Positions 10,002 to 18,281 of a stretch of DNA of 64,000 nt are shown here, one piece after another. Each line of letters starts with the position of its first letter. Position 1 is the first letter of the stretch. The stretch spans positions 1-64,000 of the forward strand of contig CAXBMO010000029.1 of the NCBI GenBank assembly GCA_963977015.1. The letters are read 5' to 3'. The notes under the pieces were generated by a model. The model was not told the origin of the DNA. It searched no databases and worked only from the letters and a program-made list of their open reading frames with translations. Made by a program: the position numbers and the translations under genes. The DNA is from an uncultured bacterium (GTDB lineage: Bacteria; Verrucomicrobiota; Verrucomicrobiia; Verrucomicrobiales; DEV007).

Positions 10002-10916
10002 TCATTTCAACTGCGAGACTAGCTTCCACAATTTCGATTCGCTGGGCTCGGACTCGCCAATCGGATGGCAAACCAGTTCGATCGCATCTGTTCCTATCGT
10101 TACGCGAGTGAAGCAAGGGCGGAATTCTTCCAGATTGTAGCCCGGCGCGCCTTGTTCCATGAGATTGCGTTTTCCGTTGTAGAGCGCGCTGGGAAAGCAG
10201 ACCTCATGAGCGGGGGCCCGGTCGTCCCACCCGCGGATCCCGTTGTGGAAATGGCCGTGGAAGACGCCGGCGACCTGTCCGTGATGAGCGTCGAGCACTT
10301 CGTAAAACTTCTCCTGACCGTGCTCCGGCTTCACAAACCAGCCTCGGTCGGGATGCCTGTTCGGGTGCACGGGCACGTGGATGCAGAGAAGGATTCGCAG
10401 GCCTGATTCCGCGGCATCCGTGAGGAGTTGATCCAACCATCCCAGCTGCGATTCGGTGAAGAAGCCGTCATGGGAATCGGTCCGCGAGTTGTTCAAGAGC
10501 ACGAACCGAACGCCCTTGTGATCCAGGAACGTGTCGATTTCGGGACGGATGTGCCTGGCAAACAAGTCGGGCGGATCGTGATTTCCCGGGATCTCATGGA
10601 CTGGCTTGCCAATTTTCGCCCGCTCTTCCAAATAGATCGCATACTGCTCCTCTCGTCCGCCATCGACAACATCGCCCAGATGAATCACCAGATCTCCGTC
10701 AGCCCTGGCGAGGTCCGCGACGGTCTTGCGCCACTGGCGTTCGGCTTGATCGTTGTCTTTTCGGCCCAGATGCGTGTCGCTGACCACGATAAACGAAAAC
10801 GGTTCGAAGCCGGAGGCCCTGAGGGTGATCGGCAAGGGAAGGGAAAGCCCACCGGAAAGAAAGAGCGTGCGACGCATCGCGGTGCGTCGGGTGACCGCAT
10901 TCATGCTGATATTCAT
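10002..10916 (-). CDS. Calcineurin-like metallophosphoesterase (Tat-like signal)
   Basis: SDTH, LGDVVD, PGNHD and GHFH motifs. Confidence 0.85.
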   Translation of the reverse strand: MNISMNAVTRRTAMRRTLFLSGGLSLPLPITLRASGFEPFSFIVVSDTHLGRKDNDQAERQWRKTVADLARADGDLVIHLGDVVDGGREEQYAIYLEERAKIGKPVHEIPGNHDPPDLFARHIRPEIDTFLDHKGVRFVLLNNSRTDSHDGFFTESQLGWLDQLLTDAAESGLRILLCIHVPVHPNRHPDRGWFVKPEHGQEKFYEVLDAHHGQVAGVFHGHFHNGIRGWDDRAPAHEVCFPSALYNGKRNLMEQGAPGYNLEEFRPCFTRVTIGTDAIELVCHPIGESEPSESKLWKLVSQLK

Positions 10917-10941
10917 TCGGGGTTTTTACCTGATCCTCTCA

Positions 10942-11814
10942 TTACCAGGTTCGATTCGATTGCAGGAATTCCTTCACCTTTGATGGCTTGTTTGTGTGAA
11001 ACATTCGAACGCCCGCATCGACGAGCTTGGCCCAGTCATCGTGGGTTCCTTCAGCGTGCGTCTCAACCAGCATCCCCAGGCTCGTCGCGTATCGAATGAG
11101 TTCCAGGGTCTTGGGATCCGCCGGGTTCGATTTGGTCACATGGACTTGAACTGTGGTCGGGTTGAACCTTGCCACGATGTCGTCGATCTGCTTTTTGGAA
11201 TGGGTCTTGAACATCAACAATTCCCCCAAACCGGGGGCTCCGTTGGCCTGGTATTGAGCAAACAAGTCAGCCTCTTGATAGGGCACGCGAAAGAGGATTC
11301 CCTTCCTCGCGTTGTGCTTGGCAACGAGTTGCATCAGCTCCTCAAAGTGCGCACTGACGCCGGGTTTCAGGTCTGCCTTGAAGATCGTGCGGTTTTTTCC
11401 TTCCGTGAGGAACTCCTCAAGCGTCGCGACACGCTCTTCGGACACCGTCCCATCGCGATATTTCTTGCGATATTGCTTCAGCTCGGCCCACTCCATTTCA
11501 GCCACCTTCCCTGTCCCGGTGGTTTCGCGATCGATGGTGGAATCGTGCACCATCACAAACTGCCCATCCTTGGTGCGTTGAATATCCGTTTCGTAGAGCT
11601 GATAGCCTTTGGCCTGACAATTCTGGATGTTGGCGACGGAGTTCTCGGGGGCCCGGTCCGCCAAATCCGTTTCATAGCCACCTCGATGAGCGGCGATGTA
11701 GACCTCAGTCGAGTGGAGATTCAGAACCGTTGTCCGCCTGATCTCGGCCGCAGAACCGCGGGAAACGCAAACGACCAGAGCCAGCAGCAAAATTGAGGAT
11801 CGTCGCAACGTCAT
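10942..11814 (-). CDS. Glycerophosphodiester phosphodiesterase family protein
   Basis: AAHRG..APENS, ETDI, HDSTIDR and HTNKP motifs. Signal peptide from the ATG at 11814. Confidence 0.85.
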   Translation of the reverse strand: MTLRRSSILLLALVVCVSRGSAAEIRRTTVLNLHSTEVYIAAHRGGYETDLADRAPENSVANIQNCQAKGYQLYETDIQRTKDGQFVMVHDSTIDRETTGTGKVAEMEWAELKQYRKKYRDGTVSEERVATLEEFLTEGKNRTIFKADLKPGVSAHFEELMQLVAKHNARKGILFRVPYQEADLFAQYQANGAPGLGELLMFKTHSKKQIDDIVARFNPTTVQVHVTKSNPADPKTLELIRYATSLGMLVETHAEGTHDDWAKLVDAGVRMFHTNKPSKVKEFLQSNRTW

Positions 11815-12018
11815 GGGCAAATAGACAGCAAGAGGGTGGGGGGCACGCGATTCGGCAGTCTTTCCACCGCCCGGAACGGAACTTCCTTGCAAGAATAGCG
11901 GTCGGTTGCGCTTTTTGTGCACCAGGCGATCGCGATCATTCGCCAAAAGGTTTTGCGACGCCGTCCTGCTTCACGGCCCAACGGAATCTCCTGCCGAGCG
12001 TCGTTGAGCGCCAGAGCC

Positions 12019-13725
12019 TCACGGCGCCTGACGGGACTCAGCCTTACCGATCCTGCGGTTCACCGTTTCCAGCTTCGATTGCCGTTCGGCAAGCTTCGCG
12101 CGAAGCGCCCCGACCTCATCAGTGGCGGTTTTCAGCTGCACAAGCGCTTCCTGCGACTCCTCCGGGAGCACGATTTCCTCCCCTTGCAGGGCGAGTAGAC
12201 GCTTGTACTCCTGGCGGCGCAGGTTCTCGATCGTTTCAGCCACCTCGAGCCGGGTGCGCAAGCTGGCGACAGCAGCCCCGAGCCTCTGCGATTCGGCCTG
12301 CCATTGACGGACCATCTCCCGGCTGTGGGCGAGGGCAAGTTTCGCCTGACGAACGTAGTCAGCCGGATCGTCCGTGCGATAGGCGGAACCGGGAATCTCC
12401 CAGCCGTCAGCAAAGGCACGAACGATCCGGGACAGGTGCTGTCGATTCTGCCGGCCTTCGACCGCATCGGTAAGCAGCCGAGTCAACAGCGCCCTCGATT
12501 CGCGCGTCTTGTATTCCGCCATGGCGTTGAGCAGCAGCAGGGGCATCGAAACGTGATGGCGAAGAAGCAGTCTCTCGAATTTCGGCATGGCCTCCTCCGG
12601 CTTCCTATCCGTGAGGGCACATCCCGCCGCCGTGGCGATCTCGATGTTTGCGTCTTCCATCTGTTTGAGCAGAGCCGGGACCGCTTCAGCCCCGGCCCAG
12701 CGAAGCGACAGCAGCAGGATGAGCCGTCGCTCAAGATCCGTCTCCTCATCCAGCAACTCCAACATCTGATCCGTTCGGAAGGAGTGCCCGGCCCGAAACA
12801 GGGCCAGAATGCAGGCCATGCGAACGGCCGCGTTCTGCCCCTGATCATCAGCAATGTTCTCAATGACGGCCTGGTCGCCATTCTTCACGAACTCAGCCAG
12901 GATCACGATCGTCTCGTAGGGAAACCGCTTGGGCGCTCCGGCGGGTTCCGCATCTGCCCGGTAGCCACTCGGCGCGAGAATCAACGGGATCATCGATGGA
13001 TGGAGCGGCGACTCGATTGGGGCCGACGAAGAACCGTCTCTCACCTTGTAGTAAACGTTGTGGTAGGCGCCATAAGCGGTGTCGGAAGCACCTCCCGAAC
13101 CGGTGAAATCGCCGTGGTAGCGCACCTCCTTCAACAGGTTGGCAACCAACACCTGCCGCTGTCCTGCGGTCATCTTGGCGGGCTCAACGCTCATTTGATC
13201 CTTTTCCTTACGCCACCAATCATTGTAGAGCGCGAGCACGCGAACCCGCATCCTCGCCTCCAGGTCCGGCCCCGCCTCATACAAGGGCGGCAACTCGTGC
13301 CCGCAAATCATGAGGATCGTTTTCCGGTATTCAGGGATCATCACGTGACAAGAGCTTCGCTTCGCATGAAGCACGATGTAACGGAGCAGGAGCGGAATCG
13401 CCGCCAGGTCAGGATCGGCTTTCAGAATCCGGGTCGCCGCCGAGTAATTCGTCCAGTGCGAACTGTCATTGGTCGCGATGAGAAGATCCTCCGCATCCAA
13501 CAACTTGTCCACGTTGTCGGACTGCTGCAACAAGTCCACAAAGTCGCGTTCCAGCAGATGAAGCAGTTCATCTTCAACCGGCGTTCGCAGCACCTGTCGC
13601 TTCTCCAGTCGCGACGCCGTATCGACAAGTGGCTCTTCAGCCTTGAGAACCGCACCAGAGCAAAAAAGCAGGGCCCCCGTCCAAACCCAACGGAAACCAA
13701 TCAGGGCCAAAGAGCACATTCTCAT
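12019..13725 (-). CDS. HEAT-repeat-like secreted hypothetical protein
   Basis: Long helical ORF with AVPALL..MEDANIEIATAA repeats and a coiled-coil tail. Start uncertain. Confidence 0.6.
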   Translation of the reverse strand: MRMCSLALIGFRWVWTGALLFCSGAVLKAEEPLVDTASRLEKRQVLRTPVEDELLHLLERDFVDLLQQSDNVDKLLDAEDLLIATNDSSHWTNYSAATRILKADPDLAAIPLLLRYIVLHAKRSSCHVMIPEYRKTILMICGHELPPLYEAGPDLEARMRVRVLALYNDWWRKEKDQMSVEPAKMTAGQRQVLVANLLKEVRYHGDFTGSGGASDTAYGAYHNVYYKVRDGSSSAPIESPLHPSMIPLILAPSGYRADAEPAGAPKRFPYETIVILAEFVKNGDQAVIENIADDQGQNAAVRMACILALFRAGHSFRTDQMLELLDEETDLERRLILLLSLRWAGAEAVPALLKQMEDANIEIATAAGCALTDRKPEEAMPKFERLLLRHHVSMPLLLLNAMAEYKTRESRALLTRLLTDAVEGRQNRQHLSRIVRAFADGWEIPGSAYRTDDPADYVRQAKLALAHSREMVRQWQAESQRLGAAVASLRTRLEVAETIENLRRQEYKRLLALQGEEIVLPEESQEALVQLKTATDEVGALRAKLAERQSKLETVNRRIGKAESRQAP

Positions 13726-14076
13726 TGCTCCATCATACCAGAGTCTGCGAAGGCCCGTGTAAAAGTATTGTAAAACCAATGCCTTAAATGCTTTGGAAAA
13801 GGCTGCCACAGTTTCGCCTTTGAAGGGGCTTAGCCCGCGGTTTCGGCCTTCGCTGCCGCCTTTATTCCTGCGTTTTGGTGTGAGCATCGTTGAAAGCTTT
13901 TGCTGCCAAGGGTGCCAATCGTTCGTCGGTGAAATTCGTGCGTTTGTCTCTCCCGTTTCGTTTACAGCTCCGTCTCCTGTTTCCGTTGGTCAGATATTGT
14001 GAAAGTTAGTGTTGAGTGCGCCGGGACGATTTGCTGACCAGGGACTCCTCTTTTCTCCCGACGCAGCAGACTCCCG

Positions 14077-14313
14077 ATGATCACCGACTACCACGCCAAA
14101 AACTGCGCTCACGAATTCAATTGAGTGGGCGGCGAAGGTCTCGACCGTTTGGGGCGCGCTTTGTTTGATGCCTGTGTTGATCGGAATCCTAACCAGATCG
14201 TGGCTATCTTTGCCCTTCGGTCACCTTTATCCACGGGCGCTTTGTTGGCCAATGAAGCCAGATTGGGAAAATCCATCCAAGCCGGACTGGTGCATTGCCA
14301 GAATTGGGCCGAG
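14077..14313 (+). pseudogene. Degenerate 5' fragment of a SNF2 helicase
   Basis: MITDYHAK...(TGA at 14122)...VDRNPNQ...ALRSPLSTGALLANEARLGKSIQAG...WAE aligns by eye with the N-terminus of the protein at 20806-23673 (VDLNPHQ...GALLADEVGLGKTIEAG...WAE). Confidence 0.8.
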
Positions 14314-14385
14314 AGTGGCTTGGGCGACGATGGTTGCATAGACAAGATGTTTTCAAAGCTCACAAATTGAAAGAAAAAAAGACAG

Positions 14386-16287
14386 ATGAAGGCCGACGCA
14401 GTATCTCTACTCGCCGTATTTGAGTCGAAGGTCCGACTCGAGGTGCCGCTGTTCCAGCGGCAGTATGTCTGGAGCCTTGACCAGCAATGGGAACCCCTCT
14501 GGGAGGACATCTCCCGCAAGTTTGAGGAATACATTGAGGGGCGCCAAGATGCACCCGTCCACTTCCTCGGGGCGATGGTTCTCGATCAGAAGCAGACACC
14601 AACAGGAAAGGTGCCCAAGCGGCAGATCATCGACGGCCAGCAAAGATTGACAACACTACAGATCTTTCTTTCCGCTTTCCGCGACTTTTGTCGAGCGAAT
14701 GATTGCGAAGAACTTGGCAAAGAAGCCGAGACTTACACGCTTAACACGGGGATGATGGATGATCCGGCCGTCGACAAATTCAAGGTTTGGCCGACGAAGC
14801 TAGACCAGAATCAATTCCGCGATGTTGTTGAGAGTGGTTCACTTGAGAAACTTGAGAAAAAGCACCCGCTCACGAGGAGAAAGTACGCTCGAAAGTACGA
14901 TCCGCGACCGCGTATGATCGAAGCTTACGTCTTTTTCTATGGAGAACTAAAAGCATTCTTCATCGGTAATGCCCAGGACCCTCCGCTCAAGGCGGAAGAG
15001 CCATTGGTAGCCAGGCTGGAGGAGTGCTTCCAAGCGCTCAAAAATGCCCTTAAGATCGTTGCGATCGATCTGGAGAAAGATGACGACGCCCAGGTGATTT
15101 TCGAGACCCTGAACGCCCGCGGAGAGCCGCTTCTTCCGGCCGATCTACTCCGCAATTATATCTTCCTTCGCGCCGCCCGCCTCAACGAGAATCAGGAGGA
15201 ACTTTACGAAACCTATTGGTCTAGTTTTGACGAAGAATTCTGGCGCACGGAAGTGAAACAGGGCCGTCTTAATCGTCCCCGTAGCGATCTCTACATGCAG
15301 CATTTCCTTGCTAGTCGGCAGGGCGTGGACATTCCGATCAAACATCTATTCGTCGAATACAAATTTTGGATAGAAAAAAAGAAGCCATTTGAAAGGGTTA
15401 GAGATGAGTTAATGGCCTTGGCGCGCCAAGGAGGCCATTTTCGCCGAATTATCTCCCCTGGAAAGGATGACGTAGTTTTCAATCTGGCAACGTTTCTTGA
15501 GCGATTCGACATTCGAACCAGTTATCCTCTTTTACTTCTTCTCCTTGACCAAGGTCTAGACGAGGATGCATGGGCTGAGATTTCTAGAATCTTGGAATCC
15601 TACTTCTTGCGTCGCGCGGTCTGCGGATGGTCGACGAAGAATTACAACAAGATATTTCTCAGCTTGACTCGGAAGATGAAGAAAGACGGAGCGTCACCAC
15701 AAACCCTGAGAAAGGCCCTGTCCGATCAAGTTGGAGAATCTGGCGCCTGGCCAACCGATGAGCAGTTCGAGACCGAATGGAAGACTGCTCACGCCTACCA
15801 GCGTCTCAACAATCCCAAAATGGTTTATCTTCTTCGTCGATTGAGCAACAGCTACCTAGATACCAAGCATGAGAAGCTTTCCATCGATCAGAGTGTGACG
15901 GTGGAACACATTCTTCCGAAAAGCTGGATCGAACATTGGCCCCTTCAATCTGGTGCCAAAGGTCTGGAGGGTGCCAAATTGTGGGCGGAAGATGCAGATC
16001 CCGTAATCGTCGCGGCGACGAGGAAGAGAGACTCGGCGTTGCAGACGTTTGGCAACCTCACGATCCTCACCCAAGCCTTGAATTCAAGCGTAAGAAATTC
16101 CGCTTGGAGCATTAAGCAGCCGGAAATCATGAAATCTTCTCTCCTCCCGATAAATCAAATGCTTCACCGTTATAAAACCTGGAACGAAGACACTATTGAT
16201 GCCCGTGCAAAAGAACTCATTCAACGGGCGACGAACATTTGGCCTGGGCCTGATGAGAACAGCTTGTTGGCGAATCTTTTGAAGTGA
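14386..16287 (+). CDS. DUF262 + DUF1524 protein (GmrSD-like type IV restriction family)
   Basis: VPLFQRQYVW, IIDGQQRLTT, IFETLNARG, TVEHILP and GNLTIL..LNS motifs. Confidence 0.9.
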   Translation: MKADAVSLLAVFESKVRLEVPLFQRQYVWSLDQQWEPLWEDISRKFEEYIEGRQDAPVHFLGAMVLDQKQTPTGKVPKRQIIDGQQRLTTLQIFLSAFRDFCRANDCEELGKEAETYTLNTGMMDDPAVDKFKVWPTKLDQNQFRDVVESGSLEKLEKKHPLTRRKYARKYDPRPRMIEAYVFFYGELKAFFIGNAQDPPLKAEEPLVARLEECFQALKNALKIVAIDLEKDDDAQVIFETLNARGEPLLPADLLRNYIFLRAARLNENQEELYETYWSSFDEEFWRTEVKQGRLNRPRSDLYMQHFLASRQGVDIPIKHLFVEYKFWIEKKKPFERVRDELMALARQGGHFRRIISPGKDDVVFNLATFLERFDIRTSYPLLLLLLDQGLDEDAWAEISRILESYFLRRAVCGWSTKNYNKIFLSLTRKMKKDGASPQTLRKALSDQVGESGAWPTDEQFETEWKTAHAYQRLNNPKMVYLLRRLSNSYLDTKHEKLSIDQSVTVEHILPKSWIEHWPLQSGAKGLEGAKLWAEDADPVIVAATRKRDSALQTFGNLTILTQALNSSVRNSAWSIKQPEIMKSSLLPINQMLHRYKTWNEDTIDARAKELIQRATNIWPGPDENSLLANLLK

Positions 16288-16302
16288 ATCACTTCAGGTG
16301 CG

Positions 16303-17673
16303 CTACTTCTCTGGAAGATGCTCACTTTCGAATACCGAGTCAATCCTCCAATCTACAAGTTCTTCCAAACTTGTGGCTAGATAGTCCTGTCTTGGTAGCG
16401 AAAGTGGATCAGCACCGTAGGATATTGCCTGTGTAACAGCATCTCTCTGTGATACACTGAGAGATTCTAACCAGGTAGGTGAGATTGCCATGTTTTCACA
16501 ACTAGTCAAAATCAAATTGATCAGCAGTCCTTCCAGATTCTTATAAGAGCGATTTGTTGCCCATGCTAGTGTGCCCAACATTGCGTGGCAATACTCGTCG
16601 CTCATCTTGTGCCAGGAAAAGACTATTCCCCAGCCATCTGCCATTTGTGCAAAGGAAAATGTAATAAAGTCCAAATTTCCGATGATGCTCAGATCTTGTA
16701 GAATTTCTCCCCCAAATCCGAATTGGGGAAATAATGATCCCGAGAACACTATAGACGGTTCACTTTTTGATGCAAAGATTACATAACGGGCATCTTCAAA
16801 TCGTTCCGATTGGTGTGAATCGTCAAAGAACTTCTTTTGTCTTAGGAGCTGAGTCAATGCTCTTCGCGTTCCCTCTCTAGCGCCCTCGATCATCTCACGA
16901 GTAGCCGTTGTTCCATCAAAAACTCCCAGTTGATATTCGTAATTCTGAAAGGCACATTTTTTGGCATAGACTTCCCTGCAAAGAGATCTGTAAGCATATA
17001 AAAAGGCCTGTTTCGAAGTCGGCACGAGCGGTCTATCGTCGATAGGGCGAAAAATCTCGTTGTCGTGAGTTTTGCAAAACCCTCTAAAAGTTGAGACCGA
17101 CTTTATGTTTTGTCGTCTGAGAATGATGAGTCCCTGGTTCTTTTTTATATCCCCGTAACTTGATGAGGGTGTATATACCTCGCCATTCTCCGCGATGCTT
17201 GTTAGTGCACCACTTTTTTGAATCGAGTGAGCTTCAATCACCTCACCACAGTATTCTTCTTGAACGTAGTGGAGACATTGCCCTGCTTTTCGAATTTCTC
17301 TTTGTTTGTCGAGAATTTCCGAAAGCTCAACCTCCGGCGGATTAGGAATTGAAACTGGTTCATCAGAGTGTAACGCCTGATTGGATGTCCAACCCACCAT
17401 GAGCAATGAAATACCCTGTTTTTGGGCGTCGCGATAGCCATTCTCACCAAATTCACTGTCCCGAAAATTCTCAAAAGTGACAGGGGTTGGAGGGCTCTCC
17501 ATTTGCTCTATTCTCCAACCACTTCGACCAATGGCATACTTAGACTTCACTTTGGCGTCAGCAGCCGATTCAGTCTTTACAAAGCAATGAGCGATTGCGC
17601 CTTCAATCTCACTGAGGTGCTTTGCGCTGTCTTCAGGGACAACTGAGAAGGTCACAAAAAAAGTCTCGCTCAA
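16303..17673 (-). CDS. Low-GC hypothetical protein, possible HNH-like nuclease
   Basis: 456-aa ORF with C..C, AHSIQ and STFRGFCKTHDNEIF motifs. TTG start uncertain. Confidence 0.6.
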   Translation of the reverse strand: MSETFFVTFSVVPEDSAKHLSEIEGAIAHCFVKTESAADAKVKSKYAIGRSGWRIEQMESPPTPVTFENFRDSEFGENGYRDAQKQGISLLMVGWTSNQALHSDEPVSIPNPPEVELSEILDKQREIRKAGQCLHYVQEEYCGEVIEAHSIQKSGALTSIAENGEVYTPSSSYGDIKKNQGLIILRRQNIKSVSTFRGFCKTHDNEIFRPIDDRPLVPTSKQAFLYAYRSLCREVYAKKCAFQNYEYQLGVFDGTTATREMIEGAREGTRRALTQLLRQKKFFDDSHQSERFEDARYVIFASKSEPSIVFSGSLFPQFGFGGEILQDLSIIGNLDFITFSFAQMADGWGIVFSWHKMSDEYCHAMLGTLAWATNRSYKNLEGLLINLILTSCENMAISPTWLESLSVSQRDAVTQAISYGADPLSLPRQDYLATSLEELVDWRIDSVFESEHLPEK

Positions 17674-18033
17674 GGTTGTTCTGTCGGTTTTATTAAAGCT
17701 TGCTGTATCGTCGAGTTTTCTTGATTGTCAAGGATTTGCCTTGGTGTTCAGAGTTTCGTCTTGCAATATTCCCACACTGCTTGCGGCAAGCTTGATGATT
17801 AGCGTTTGCCTCGACTGATTCCAAAGTACTCTGCTCCTTACCATCCCGCCAGGGGCGCTGGCGAGCCTACCTGAGTTCTCTCTGTCGCAACGCGTTGTCC
17901 TACCGTCATGGGCTACCAAGATGATGAAGCGACATATTCTCAGCGATTGTGTCGTGAGGGATTAGACGATATTCCCAAGGTTTGCCGCCGTGTTTGGCAG
18001 TGTGGGCAGAAGCGTTCCGACACCACTCTTCAG

Positions 18034-18273
18034 CTACTGGTCGTAGAAAACACCATCGATGCCATTGTCCTCATAATCGTCAATGACGGCTTGCGCTGCA
18101 GTTTCTGTAGCGATCCCTGTGAGTTTTGAGAGGGTGAATGCTGTAAGTGCCCGGGCTGTATTCTTGGCGCCTTGGTGATCCGCTGGTGCGTTGGTGTCGA
18201 TCAAGGCTGGAAGATGAGGGACGTATTCCTCATCTAGCTTCGATCTGAGTAGCGCTAATTGTTCGGGAGTCAT
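18034..18273 (-). pseudogene. Truncated AIPR-like protein (N-terminal part)
   Basis: ARALTAF...AAQAVIDDYEDNGIDGVFYD resembles the AIPR N-terminal D..DNGID motif. It stops after 79 aa. Confidence 0.55.
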
Positions 18274-18281
18274 CGCAGAAA

